A DNA stretch of 64,000 nucleotides from Octopus bimaculoides (Eukaryota): contig NC_068985.1 in NCBI RefSeq assembly GCF_001194135.2, positions 113,609,916 to 113,673,915 of the forward strand, written 5' to 3'. The translations under genes were made by a program, and so were the position numbers. The notes below the pieces were generated by a model that saw only the letters and a list, made by a program, of their open reading frames with translations, ran no database searches and was not told where the DNA came from. Position 1 is the first letter of the stretch. Every line of letters starts with the position of its first letter. Positions 39,201 through 53,004 of the stretch are shown piece after piece.

Positions 39201-40048
39201 GCTGGGAAAAATGTTTAGTGATATTTCTTTCTTCTTCGTGTTCTGAGTTCTAATTCTGCCTAAGCCAACTTAATTGATTTACTCCACCCCGCCAAACTTG
39301 ATAGCTTTGTGTCAAAATTTGAAACTAATATTTAAAACAATCAGGTCCAACTTTGATATGGGATCCAGATGTATATGTCGAGACATTTTTTTGTTATTAA
39401 AATCAATGAGCAAGAAATTGGTTATATATTTCTACAATACACAAAATATCTTAAAAGTTTGTTTTTTTTAATACACTTCCTAATGATATTTAATTACAAA
39501 AATAGGACTATTTAAACATTGAATGGCTTAGAGGGACCACCTGAGTAACATAGGAATCAAAGGGGTCTATCAGTAACAAAAACAAAAAAAACAAAGGTTT
39601 AAGAATCACTGATTTAAACTGACCATGTCCAGCCAAAATATTCTACATGTCTTATGTATAAGCTGGCCAGACGCAGCTTCTTATGCTCAACTTATAATGT
39701 CACTCTAAAAATAAACAAATTACATCACTGAAATCTTGAAGATATGAAATAAATAATGTATTATTAATTCAAAACAATGTGAATACCAAAGGGGTTAAAG
39801 TAATTCTATGGAGCAGAAACTATGAGTGTTGGATTCAGCTGTGGAATTGAAAGAATTGAAGTTTTGCTGGATTATTTTTGCAAAATCTCTTGGTAATCAC
39901 TTAAAAAACAAAATACTTCAGAAAGGAAGTTGGACAAGATAAATAGGGAACAGACAAGAATTCTCTTAAAACTTCTAAATGAACAAACTTGGTTATACAT
40001 AGTTATGCTGATGGAATTGTTTCATCCATCGCTAAGAATGTCACTTAC

Positions 40049-40208
40049 CAAGGTCTAAGCTCTCTATAGGCGGCCGTCTACTAAATGGAGCATTCTTGTA
40101 GATGGCATCCATGATTTTCTCCTTGACATGTGTGATGGTGTCACAGTCGAGGACTTTGACTGGAACATATGGTTGGCTAAACTGCTCTGTGTCACACACA
40201 TTTATTGT
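40049..40208 (-). CDS. PlexA: Plexin-A exon 5, start of Rho-GTPase-binding domain (TINVCD...PVKVLDCDTITHVKEKIMDAIYKNAPFSRRPPIESLDL)
   Basis: PVKVLxCDTITxVKEKxxDAxYK motif. Acceptor atattcatag, donor gtaagt; 160 nt, ends in phase 1. Confidence 0.96.
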
Positions 40209-41045
40209 CTATGAATATATTAAGAGAGAGAAAGACATGAATAAATATATGCAAACACATTTAGACACTGGCATTTGAAGATAAATTTATAAGGAGTACA
40301 GTATATAGCAATGATACTAAAACATTAATTTTAACTCTCTAGCATTTCCACTGGTCATATCCAACCCAAATATCTTACCTGTTTTACGTTCAAACCAGCT
40401 TAAATACTGTCTGTCACACCTATCCTACATCATTGAAATTTTGAAGCTTTGAGGTTATGCATGGTTAATTCAAAACAATGTAAATGAATTCGACAGGGTA
40501 TTCTGAATGCTAAAGGGTTAATGATACCTATCTTAATTAACCCTGTGAATTGATTAAAATGAAATTCAGGGGAAAAAAAAAAAAAAATCGAACCTAGTGG
40601 AATTTGAACTTGGGACATAAAAAAATATAGCTAAATGCCTTCAGCAAACATTACAGAAACTGAAGTTAATAAATTCTGCATGGAACTTTAAAGTTTTGAA
40701 ATTACAATGTTAAGAGAATCACTTTATTGTTGGCAATGCTAATAGTTCCCTTCCAAAATTATCACCTTACTCTAATTCTGGCTACAGTGCTTTCAGGCCA
40801 CACATTTCCAAGACGGTACAGTTCTGGAAAGGAAGTTTTGGCCAAAGTTTTTACTACACTAGCAGGATGGTGACACAGCACAAATAACTTTAAAAGATGT
40901 GGCAGCATTGAATGGTTTTGAGTAGAGGTTGGCACACAGCTTATCTCTTATATAAAAGACAAACAGATCTTTCACTAAGTTGTACAAACACTAGCGTGCA
41001 AGAGTGACTATTCTGCTGAAAACTTAGAAAGATTAGAATTCATGT

Positions 41046-41265
41046 TTAACCCATTTGCTACCATATTTCTGTTTAAATACACTGCTATTATTTCAATTAA
41101 TTTTGAAAATAACAAAAAAATCTAATAAAACAACTCTGTCATTAGCTGGTGTTTGGAACATGACAAAATTTTTATGAAAGGTTTTAATTTAGATCCCTTT
41201 AAATCAGAAAGTTTGTATCATAGAACCTGGACTGGTTTCAGGAATGTTAGTATCACAAGGGTTAA
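41046..41265. mobile_element. Second piggyBac-type MITE family
   Basis: TTAA-CCCATTTG...CACAAGGG-TTAA. Related internal sequence near 11160-11362, 30050-30300, 30640-30960, 57430-57545 and 62420-62550. Confidence 0.65.
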
Positions 41266-41337
41266 ACAAGCACCACCATTTCTACCCTTACAGATTCTTA
41301 CACTCGTCACAAGATGTAAGAAAACCATTATCTAGAA

Positions 41338-41647
41338 CAGTGGTCCTCAACTGGGGTCCATATGGCTCTTTGGGGTCAATGTGGCCCTTTGGGGTCCATA
41401 TGGCCCTTTGGGGATTCATATGACCATTCGGAGTCCATATAAGATTTTGTTTCGTAAAATTTATCTGCAATAAATTTGTTATACATGTCCAATTCACAAA
41501 ATATTTTAGCAATTTTTTTAATGCAATTTCTGATTATATTTCATTATATATACTGATTTTAAAAAAATCGAATGACTAGGTGGGTCCATCCAAGTAAAAT
41601 AAGAATGAAAGGGGTCTAGAGTTAAAAAAAGTGGTTGAGAAACACTG
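41338..41647. mobile_element. hAT MITE related to 5737-6309, with internal ~21-bp tandem repeats
   Basis: TIRs CAGTGGTCCTCAAC / GTTGAGAAACACTG; about 4 copies of tggggtccatatggccctt; flanks atctagaa / ctgtagaa. Confidence 0.7.
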
Positions 41648-41799
41648 CTGTAGAAGTTTAAAAAGAAAAAGCACTTGTTATCTTACAAGCTGATAAGTTC
41701 AGTCAGCCACTAATTGTGAATCAAATATCACCTGGTAACAACACACGCTACTTACACAATGTTATTTCTCTTAGGTAAGTTAAGGTACTTCTAATGAGA

Positions 41800-42183
41800 C
41801 AGTTGTTGTTGGCACTCCGTCGCTTACGACGTCGAGGGTTCCAGTTGATCCGATCAACGGAACAGCCTGCTCTTGAAATTAACGTGCAAGTGGCTGAGCA
41901 CTCCACAGACACGTGTGCCCATAACGTAGTTCTCGGGGATATTCAGCGTGACGCAGTGTGACAAGGCTGACCCTTTGAATTACAGGCACAACAGAAACAG
42001 GAAGTAAGAGTGAGAGAAAGTTGTGGTGGAAGAGTACAGCAGGGTTCGCCACCATCCCCTGCCAGAGCCTCGTGGAGCTTTAGGTGTTTTCGCTCAATAA
42101 ACACAACGCCTGGTCTGGGAATCGAAACCATGATCCTATGACCGCAAGTCTGCTGCCCTAACCACTGGGCCATTGCGCCTCCA
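41800..42183 (-). mobile_element. Young SINE family B copy with 9-bp TSD
   Basis: TSD ctaatgaga at 41791-41799 and 42184-42192; CpG-rich, full length. Confidence 0.9.
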
Positions 42184-42226
42184 CTAATGAGAAAGTAAAA
42201 AGGAAAGGTAGTTTGGGTGTACTCAC

Positions 42227-42373
42227 CAGCGTGCGGAAATCTATCTGCTGACGAATCAGTTTGTCTTCACTCAGGGAGTACTTAGCTTCACTGGAGATAG
42301 CATCAACGGGGCCTTTTGATACCTGATGCTTGATTGCTTGGAACAGCAAAAATAAAGGTTTTCCGGCACAGTC
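42227..42373 (-). CDS. PlexA: Plexin-A exon 4 ([49 protein letters not shown])
   Basis: Matches ECAGEPLF...[27 protein letters not shown]. Acceptor ctttctttgtag, donor gtgagt; 147 nt. Confidence 0.97.
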
Positions 42374-42798
42374 CTACAAAGAAAGAGAGAAAGAGGTAAA
42401 ATGTGAAACACAGAAATTCACGGAATATTTGTCAACTTATTTTATGTTTGTGGTTGGCCCAGAATTATAATTAGAAGATACTTGCTGAAAGTGTTGTGCA
42501 CTGTGATTGAACTTGAAACCATATGGTTGGGAAATAAACTCCTTAGTCATACAGCCATGCCTGCATCCACCATCACCATTACCATCATCATCGTAATGTC
42601 TGTTCTCCATACTGGAATGGGTCAGGCAGTTTGAATGGAACAGGGAAGCCAGAGAGCTGCATCAAATTCCAGTCTGTTTTGGCTTGGTTTCTACAGCTGG
42701 ATGCCCTTCCTAATGCCAACCAATCCACAGAGTGTACCAAATGCCAGTTATGCCTCACTGGCATGGGTTCCTTTCATGTGTCACCAGCACATGAAATA

Positions 42799-42848
<50 letters not shown>

Positions 42849-43705
42849 NNNNNNNNNNNNNNNNNNNNNNNNNNNNNNNNNNNNNNNNNNNNNNNNNNNN
42901 NNNNNNNNNNNNNNNNNNNNNNNNNNNNNNNNNNNNNNNNNNNNNNNNNNNNNNNNNNNNNNNNNNNNNNNNNNNNNNNNNNNNNNNNNNNNNNNNNNNN
43001 NNNNNNNNNNNNNNNNNNNNNNNNNNNNNNNNNNNNNNNNNNNNNNNNNNNNNNNNNNNNNNNNNNNNNNNNNNNNNNNNNNNNNNNNNNNNNNNNNNNN
43101 NNNNNNNNNNNNNNNNNNNNNNNNNNNNNNNNNNNNNNNNNNNNNNNNNNNNNNNNNNNNNNNNNNNNNNNNNNNNNNNNNNNNNNNNNNNNNNNNNNNN
43201 NNNNNNNNNNNNNNNNNNNNNNNNNNNNNNNNNNNNNNNNNNNNNNNNNNNNNNNNNNNNNNNNNNNNNNNNNNNNNNNNNNNNNNNNNNNNNNNNNNNN
43301 NNNNNNNNNNNNNNNNNNNNNNNNNNNNNNNNNNNNNNNNNNNNNNNNNNNNNNNNNNNNNNNNNNNNNNNNNNNNNNNNNNNNNNNNNNNNNNNNNNNN
43401 NNNNNNNNNNNNNNNNNNNNNNNNNNNNNNNNNNNNNNNNNNNNNNNNNNNNNNNNNNNNNNNNNNNNNNNNNNNNNNNNNNNNNNNNNNNNNNNNNNNN
43501 NNNNNNTATATATATACATACATACACACACACTCATATTAATGTTTGTTTTCATGTTCAGTTATAATAAAAACAATTTTACATTAATCTGATGAGATGC
43601 TCTATACTTTTGTAGAGTACATATTTATTATTCTTAAATAACAATGTTGTTGGCAGTGACTTCAAAGTTTCGACCAGCTAGGCCATACATCATGTGTATG
43701 TTTAT

Positions 43706-43746
<41 letters not shown>

Positions 43747-43881
43747 GATAGGTATACTTTATGAGCTGTTCCCCTACTTCAGTACCTCTCAATATGGCTG
43801 GCTGACTCTTTCAATATATCTCAATCTATTTATCTAAATATCAACTGCCTGACTATTCCTTTATCTTTCTGCCCTGGCATC

Positions 43882-43922
<41 letters not shown>

Positions 43923-45062
43923 GTGTGTCCCCTCTATGAAGCTGTTCCTCAGCTTTTCTTCCTTCGCAGCCTCTTCCTATCCCAAACCCCTGTCTGAAAG
44001 ACATCATAAAATACAAAGAAAATATAACAAGCCTGTCCCTTAAAGATTTAGATGTATAGAAGAGGATGGGGGAGGATGGGGATGAGGTGGAGATTGCAAT
44101 TCTGCTTTATTATTCTTGTCTCTAGTTGTAGCCTTTCTCCCCCTTTCTTTGAAAAGAAAGGAATGCTAATAGTATTCTTCCTGTGCATACCCTCACTCCT
44201 TCAGGTACCTCCTCCCCTATTAAGGAGGAGGTGTTCAATCCCTTATGCATCTGCCTAGACTACTTCTTATTCTCCCTAAAAAAAGTGGGGACAGACTGCT
44301 CCTTTTTCTCATAAAATATAGAAATATCTGCCATATTGTATCTGTCATTGTTTTATATATATATATTTTTTTATTCTTAGCTTGCTGATGTGTATGTACA
44401 TCAATCCTTGTGTGTGTGTGTGTGTGTGTGTAAGCTGACATACACATGTACTTTTACTCATTTATCCAGATGCACACGTACATACATTGTTTCATTTCTT
44501 CATGTGGATATGCAGTCACACACAGACTTGCTTTTACCACCTCTTCCTCCACCAACTCCTACTCCTTAATGGTGGTAGCAGTAAAAGTAGTAACAGCAAC
44601 TAGATGTACCCCATACTACCAAAAATAAATCCTCATGGTGCTGTCTTCACCCTTCATCCCTTTATGCTTTTACAAAGATCAACCCAGACGGTAATATCTT
44701 CCTTTTATAAGTTTGTGACAGTTCAATGTCAATTTGAGGGTGATTTGGCAACTAATTCTAGCAAGTCAAGCAACCACAGAAAGGCTTCCTTGACTTATAC
44801 CAGTTATGTACTAACATGGATTAAATCAGTTAACACTAACCCTTTGCACTAGTGGTACCAGTGCAGTCGACAACCAAGCCTGCAGTCATTTCATGACGTG
44901 GCTGTGTGGTAAGCATTTTGCTTCCCTCCCACATGGTTCCAGGTTCAGTCTCACTGGGTGGTACTTTGAGCAAGTGTCTTCTGCTATAATCCTGAGCTAA
45001 CTAATGCCTTGTGAGTGGATTTGGTAGACAGAAACTGAAAGGGGCCTGTCATGTGTATACAA

Positions 45063-45096
<34 letters not shown>

Positions 45097-45273
45097 CCTG
45101 GGTATGATATTAAAATGCACCCAGTGGTGAGGCTTCAATCCAGGAGTTCTGGAATTGTGGAGAGCGTGGTGTCACCCCTTAGTTACCATTACTCCTTGGT
45201 CTGTTTTGACCATGAACAGTAGTACCAGGGTCCCACCTATGGGTTAAATAAATTTCTCAGGAGTAGAAAAGTC

Positions 45274-45697
45274 CAGCACTGGATTAGCCATTAAGTAAAA
45301 TAAGCACATGCTTAGGGCATCAAGGGAAGGAGAGGGTACCACAGAAATGGTAAATGGTTTACAGCACAAAAGAAATCACTTTGAAGTTGCTAAAATAATA
45401 TTCGGGATGCTTTTATCTGTAAGTATAGAGGCAGATGTGTTACCTAAGATTAATTTTGAGGATTTGATCAAAGACTTTGCAATTCAAAAAAGTAGGAGGA
45501 AACTTTTCAAATATAAATAAAGTGGAAGTATACACAAATAAACATTATTTTCCCTCTTACTGTTTTGTTTCGTTTTGAAAAATAAAATTTTATTTTATGG
45601 TTTGCTATTGTTTATATTTTGAATAACATAATCTTTTATGGGGCCACCAAAATCTTTTAAGTGCTTAGGGCCTCAATGAGTCTTAATCCCAAAGGTG
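45274..45697 (+). mobile_element. Internally deleted hAT (Tip100/ZMYM1-like) transposon keeping the transposase C-terminal dimerisation segment
   Basis: ORF 45308-45520 ends LSVSIEADVLPKINFEDLIKDFAIQKSRRKLF, the hATC-type pattern. Decayed TIRs (cagcactggatt / aatcccaaaggtg) and GTGCTTAGGGC subterminal repeats at both ends. Confidence 0.65.
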
Positions 45698-47631
45698 TAA
45701 AAAAGGCAGCTCTTCTAGGAGAAAGATACTCTGTTACAAAACTTGCAGTCAGAATAGTGCCAGCCATCTTGCAATACTTGTCACTGGAACCTACTATGCT
45801 TATAGAGCATGGTAGAAATGTTTTAAAGATTTTGTCACTTAGACCCAATGATATACAGATGTCTCTCTATCATTTCATTTCTTGATCTGTTTTATCTTTC
45901 ATAATGTTCTATTGCAATGGCTGTATAGCTGAAAAGTCATATCCATGCACATGCATAGATGAAAGCAAATCAGAACAATCAGGTTGAATGTGAGGTAGCT
46001 ATCATCTGATGAGACGAGACAAACATCATGTGTATGTGTCTGGTTGTCTTGACTTCAGGTGATAGTTGTAAAGGAATGTCACCATCATACAACTGATGTC
46101 CTTCATTTTCAATCTTCCATGAGAACATGTCTGGTCATGGGGAATATTACCTTACTTGGAAACAGGTGAAGGTTAGTGACAGGAGGAGCCCCTAGTTATA
46201 AGAAATGTGATCAAAAAATTCCACCTGACTTATGCAAGTATGGAAAAATGGCTCTGTTGTAAGAAGCTTACTTCTCAACTACATGGTTCAGGGTTCAGTC
46301 CCACTGTGTGGCACTTTGGGAAAACGACTTCTATTATAGCCATGAGTCAAACAAAACCTTGAGAGTAGATTTGGGAAATGGAAACTAAAAAAAGTTCATC
46401 ATATACGTGTGTGTGTGTGTGTGTGTGTGTGAGCACGTGTCTTTGCCCTCTCCTACAACTGCTTGACAGTGTTGGCATATTTATATCCCTGTAACTTAGT
46501 GGTTTAGCAAAACAGACTGCTAGAATAAGTACCAGGCTTTAAAAAAAACAAAGTACTGGAGTTGATACATTCAACTAAAAATTCTTCAAGGCAGTGCCCC
46601 AGCATGACCACAGTCTAACGACTGAAACAAGTAAATGATAGAAGATAAATTAAACAATGACAATGATTATGTCTCTAATTTACTTGGGGAAGGCTTATGC
46701 CTCACCTGAGTTCTGAAATTTAATTGAGTCTCATGGAATTGATAAGTGATCGAGACCTTTGGTGATATGCTATGCTTCAGAAGATTCATCAAGCCAAGTG
46801 AAATCATAGTTGTGGCCGATGTCAGCGCCGGGTAAAAAGCACCCATTACACTCTTGGAGTGGTTGGTGTTAGGAATGGCATCCAACTGTAGAAACCATGC
46901 CAAATCAGATTGGAACCTTGTGCAGCTCTCCAGCTTCAGTCAAACCGGCCCCAACCCATGCCAGCATGGAAAACAGACACTAAATGATGATGACTCCCAA
47001 TAACTGGTCCCACTTAGTTGACATGTAGACTAAGGGAAAATACTTAGGAGATTCTTGCTTTCTTCTTCCATATAAACTTTGAGCTTCAGAAATATATTTT
47101 ACCATTTATCTTTTACGTATTCAAGTCACTGGGCTGTGGCCATGCTGGGGCACTATCTTGAATGGTTTAAACTAAGAAAGTAATCTCTGTACTTATATTT
47201 ATCATAAATATTTTTTTTTTTAAGTCTAGTACATAGTCTGTGAGTCAGTCTCTTTTACCGAAATGCTGTTGTCAAGCAATGAAGTGAGGGAACAAACTTA
47301 ATGACACACAGACATTTATATAAGTATACATATACAATGGACCTCCACATTGTTTCTGTCTACCAAATTCACTCAGAAGGATATCAGCCACTGACTCTAG
47401 TAGAAGACACTTGTCCTAGGTGCCATTCAGTGGGACTGAACCCAAGACCGTGTGGTTGCAGAGCAAGCTCATTAACCACACAGCCATGCTTGTGCATTAA
47501 AACAAAATTTAAAAAAAAACAAAAAAAAAAATACAATTACCATGATCTAACATAAATCTTTGATAAATCCACATTCAGTTGTTTTAATATTTTCTTCAGA
47601 CAGAAATTACAAATGATTTTATCCTTGTTTT

Positions 47632-47705
<74 letters not shown>

Positions 47706-47706
47706 A
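47632..47706. repeat. (CAG)n(TAG)n compound microsatellite
   Basis: Direct inspection. Confidence 0.95.
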
Positions 47707-48479
47707 TAATGATGATGAAGACGAAAGCAATGATAATAAAAATAATAGAATGAAAGTAAAAGAAACCTTTAGTAGAAATTTTAAAATTTCTAAATTTTTC
47801 AGAATGTATTTTTGCAATATTGTTGTTGCTCTTATTGAAGTATTTGTGGTAGCTCTTCTGTCTCCTCTCACTCTCTGATTACTGTTTCACTACAACTACC
47901 ACCACCACCACTACTACTACTACTACTGCTGCTGCTGCTACTACTACTAATGGTTGTTGGTGTATTTGTTTTATTTCCCGCTTTTGTTGTCTATGTCATA
48001 GTATTGATCATTTGAATAAAAAAAATTTTTATTTTTCATTTTTCAAAGTTATGATTATGATTATTATTATTATTGTTGTTGTTCCTGTATTAGCTGATCT
48101 GTTTTAAAATCTTTTTATTTTTTTGTTTTCTTCTTTTTAAAACTGTTGTTTATTCTCAAAAGTAACCTTATAACAACATTCTGGGGAAGTTTTCCAATGC
48201 AAAGTTAAAAATTTTTAAAAATGGGGAAAAAAAAGAAAAAAAAATTAAAAGCCCTGTACGAACAACAACAACAGAATCAACACAAACACATTACGTAGAA
48301 ATAAAGTACTAAGAACATGCTACGTACAACTGAAGGATTATTAGCTTTTCCTAACCCAGAATCCATCTTCTATTTGTTTCTCCCACCCCTGCCACCACTA
48401 TATATGTCTATGATGTATTGGCGAGGAGGGGAGTAAGTGTGTGTGTGTGTGTGAGGCATCGTTGTTTTTGGGGTTTCTA

Positions 48480-49075
48480 ATGCTGATTTAATATCTGATA
48501 CATTGAAGTATATTTGTTTATACACACACACATATATACATTTTTATCTTGTGTATATATGTGTGCATGTGCATATATGTATGTATATGATAATATTTTT
48601 AAATGTGCGTAATGTATCTCTATATATAAATATATGTGCATGTGTATATATATATGCGCATGTGTATACATATATATATATGCATGTATACACACACAAA
48701 CACATATGTATATATACATATATATATGCATGTATACACACATATATATGTGTATATATATATATATATATGAAAATGCATGTATATGTGCACATTTACA
48801 TGCATGATGTATATTACATATAAGTAGTTTATGTATGTGTGTGTATGTATATATCCATTCATATATATACATATACACACGTATATATGGATATATACAC
48901 ATACTGCATATACATATGTACATACATACATGCACATATGTATACACATATTACATACATACTCATATATATATGCATATATATATACACACACAAGCAT
49001 ATACATTTATGTACTACATAAACACATGTATACATACATGTATATAATATGCGCATATCAATACATATATATGTC
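48480..49075. repeat. Compound alternating purine-pyrimidine microsatellite (TA/CA/TG)
   Basis: About 600 nt of degenerate dinucleotide repeats; explains the overlapping YI/HT/VC ORFs. Confidence 0.9.
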
Positions 49076-49534
49076 TGTCAGTGCTACTTGTAATATGTAA
49101 CCAGTACAACCTGTCACATGATTAGTCTGTTGGCAATTAAACTAGCAACCTTTACTAATCCTGCTTGGTTAGAAGTGTAGTTTTCATTGGACACATCACA
49201 GGATGAAAAGCAAAACCTACCAAAGGGTGGATGAACCCAGTAAAAAGAACAACCATCCAACCAGATGGGAATGAAACACAATTAATTTTTGTTTAGACAT
49301 ATCTCTCCAGAAGGAAAAGTCTGATCTAACATCTGTAAATTTATTTGCATCCAATAATGTAGACTAATCCTTTCTGGGTGAATTCATAACATTGTTTCGA
49401 GAGTGAAATTTGTCCTGTCGAAGGCTTTTCCTCACTTTAACCCTTTATCTTTTAATCTGGCCATATCAGGTTCAAATATTGCACCTGTTTTATGTTCAAG
49501 GTACAATATTTGGGCCTGATTTACGTTCAAGTGA

Positions 49535-49860
49535 AGGCATGTGGCTCAGTGATTAGAGCATTGGGCTCGCAATTATGAGGTAGTGAGTTCGATTTCCAGA
49601 CCAGGCTGTGTGCTGTGTTCTTGAATAAGACACTTTATTTCCTGTTGTTCCATTCACTCAGCTGTAGGAATGAGTTGTAATGTCACTGGTGCCAAGCTGT
49701 ATTGGCTTTTAGCTTTCCACTGGTGTGGGGAGAGGAGGCTGGTATGCATGGGTAAACCGCTGGTCTTCCATAAACAACCTTGCCTGGAATTGTGCCTCGG
49801 AGGGTGACTTTCTAGGTGCAATCCCATGGTCATTCATGATCGAAGGGGGTCTTTTTACCA
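49535..49860 (+). mobile_element. tRNA-head SINE (family B-like head, distinct tail) inserted in a piggyBac MITE
   Basis: Head gtgaaggcatgtggctcagtgattagagc with gagttcgatttcc; the MITE sequence ttttatgttcaa appears on both sides. Confidence 0.65.
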
Positions 49861-50010
49861 TTTTATGTTCAAACCAGCTAGATCTGGCCTCACATACTTA
49901 CTGTTATTATGTCAAAGTAACCAATCACATCATGGAAATCTCAAAGCTGTGTGATAATACATGGCTAATTCAAAAGAATGTGAATAAGTAAGCATTATAT
50001 TTGAAAGGGT

Positions 50011-50044
<34 letters not shown>

Positions 50045-52064
50045 GTTTAACGTCTGCTTTCCATGCTAGCATGGGTCGGACGATTTGACTGAGGACTGGT
50101 GAAACCGGATGGCAACACCAGGCTCCAATCTAATTTGGCAGAGTTTCTACAGCTGGATGCCCTTCCTAACACCAACCAGTCAGAGAGTGTAGTGGGTGCT
50201 TTTACGTGTCACCCGCACGAAAACGGTGTCTTTTATGTGCCACCCGCACAAGAGCCAGTCCAGGGGCACCGGCAACGATCTCGCTCGAAAAACCTCATGT
50301 GTCACTCCTGAATGCTAAAAGGTTAAAAAGCTTTAGGCTGAAGCATTGCTTGATTTTTTTAATGTTTCCTATGTGCCACATACTATGGCTGGCTGTAACC
50401 AAAGAACGGTAAAATACTCATTGGCATGAAGGTAAGTATCACGGTGGTTTGTATGTAACTCTTTGGATACCTGCTACTAGAAGCACCCATCAATGCCACA
50501 TCTGTGCAAAAGATGCCTGAGTCTCAAGCAGTCCTTTTGTAAAACATTCATGCACAGAGTTTTTAAATATATGACAGGCTTCTTTCAGTTTCCATCAAAC
50601 TCCCACACATGGCATTGATGTGCTGATGTGCCTGGAGCTACTGTAGGAGGTAGATGCCCAAGGTACTGCATGGTGGGACTGAACTTGAAACCACATAGTT
50701 GGGAAAGGGAACTTCATAATTATACAGCTATACCTCAAAGCAACCCCCCCAAAAAAAAACACCCCCACACACACACAGAATTTGATTTATGTATTTGTTC
50801 TGCTAAAATGTTTGATACAAAAATGTGTGTCAAAACATGTTATAGAGTAGGAAAGTTATTTTATCAATAAGGAAACACACAGACTGGTTCTATTTCATCC
50901 CTTATTATTACTATTATTTGTTAACTAGTTAACCAATTAACTACTTTATTAATTGTTCAATCAATTAATTGATCTACTCTGGTCAGGAAATGGCGATGAA
51001 AAGACTAACAAACCAAACTGATTGATTGATTAATTGAACGATTAATCAGGGACTTTGTTAGTTAATTGATTAATTGGTTAACTAGTTGACTAATAATAAT
51101 GATGAGAGGTGATATAGAAGCAATGTGTGTGGGTTTATTATTGGTAAAATATGACTGCCCAATATATAACGACACACACACATACACACACATATATATA
51201 CACGTAAATGACAAAGGGTAAGAGTTGAAGAATGAGTATAAGATGGATGATGGGAGTAGTAAGGTTAAGACATATGACGCAGAACTAAGACATCAAGGCA
51301 AGAAGTATATGGTGGGGGGGGGTAGTTGATGGGGAGAGTAAATCACAACATCTCACATCTTCATCCACTTACACTGTTCTACAAATAATCCCCTTCTCTC
51401 ATTCTCTCACCTATTTCTCCCCGTCACAGTTTGTAACTGCCAGGAGGAAGTTCAATGGGAATGTTTGGCTTTCCCTTCATTAGTATTCTGTTAATTAACA
51501 CAACTACTCTTTAAAAACTGACTCCTTTCCACCACTACTGCAACCAATACCACAACAATTTCATCAATGACAGCAACAGCCAAACATAACAAAAACAACA
51601 TAAGATTCACAACAGTCAAAATTACAGTGAAGAAAAGTAACAAAATTGCCGTTTGTTTTTTAATTGTTGTTTTGTAAGAGTTAACTAAAACAACACCAAA
51701 TAACAACATAAAGCCAACAACACTATGCAGTACAGCAGAAACACAATCAAAAACGTAACAATAACAGTAAACAAAATACATAAAATACGTGTTGTGTAGA
51801 TATTGTGTTACTTGTATGATGTAGGGTGTTGTGTATCTATGTGTCACTTCTTTGTAATATATGCAAGTCAACACCCAGTGTTTTCACTGTGTCCTCTTTC
51901 ATTTCTATCATGATTAGATGGTGATCCTTAAATTATATTCACTGAAAGGACTCCCTTGTCAAGTAAAACTGAGGATGGAGATAGTGGGGGGAGAAACCTG
52001 AGTATATAGAGAAGTGGTGATTGTGGGAACAACAAACATGCACGGCATGGTTTATTTACACAGG

Positions 52065-52104
<40 letters not shown>

Positions 52105-52248
52105 TGTACACATGTACATACCTATGCATACTGGCTTCATGAATATGCATCTGTTTAACTGTGCATGTATGTTCACATGTATATACTTGTATGCATTTGT
52201 ATTTTATGAAGATGATTCCATCTCTGTATATGCATGCATGCATATCAT

Positions 52249-52279
<31 letters not shown>

Positions 52280-53004
52280 ACATATGTGTGACAGGCATAG
52301 CTGTGTGGTTAAGAAGAATGCTTCCCAACTATGTCGCTTTAGGTTCCATCCCACTTCATGGCACATTGGGCAAATGTCTTCTACTATAATCTCAGGCCAA
52401 TCAAAGCACTGTGAGTGAATTTGGTCGATGGAAATTAAGAGAAAATTGTCATGTATGTGTGTACCATCATCACTTAATGTCCATTTCCTGTTCTTGGAAT
52501 GGGTTGGACAGCTTGACAAGATATATAAAATATACAAGTGTGTGCCAAATTTCAGGAGGTCCAACAAGGCATATGAAAAAGACTTACAGTTTCAGCTAAG
52601 ATGGTACATCACTAAAAATATCATTTGTTCAGTTGATCTCACTTCCATAATTGTGATCAACTGAAACCAATTCAGGCCACAAAAAAACATGACACAGAGA
52701 AATTTCATGAAAATCAGCCAACTTAAATGAGTATGAAATGAAGGAACTAGAAATGTAAGAAAGCAAGAGAAGCTGTATTTGAACAGAAGCATCTTTCCAA
52801 AGATTCTTCAGAGTTAACAATGATCTAAGAGCCATGTGTATGCTTTTTTTTTTTTCCATCTTTTACTTGTTTTAGTCATCCAACTGTAGCCTTGAAGGGT
52901 TTAATCAAACAAATTGACTCTAGCACTAATTTATTTCTTAAAGCCTGATATTTATTCTACTGTTTTCTTTTGTCAAACCACAATGTCATGAGGAAATAAA
53001 CAAA

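Noticed and set aside
41350-41432. Regularly spaced ~21-bp repeats, and the SINE arrays, as CRISPR-like
   Set aside because: There are no unique spacers and no cas genes, and the context is eukaryotic; these are MITE-internal tandem repeats and SINE clusters.
42631-43592. Long ORFs of 250-310 aa (also 27366-28131, 34825-35242, 53127-53571, 55912-56260)
   Set aside because: They are open only because they run through N gaps and dinucleotide repeats.
44207-44232. Perfect 9-bp hairpin acctcctcc/ggaggaggt
   Set aside because: Short and low-complexity; expected by chance and too small for a miRNA precursor.
48477-49100. Stack of overlapping ORFs rich in Y, I, H, T, V, C
   Set aside because: Translations of TA/CA/TG microsatellite; no splice or homology support.
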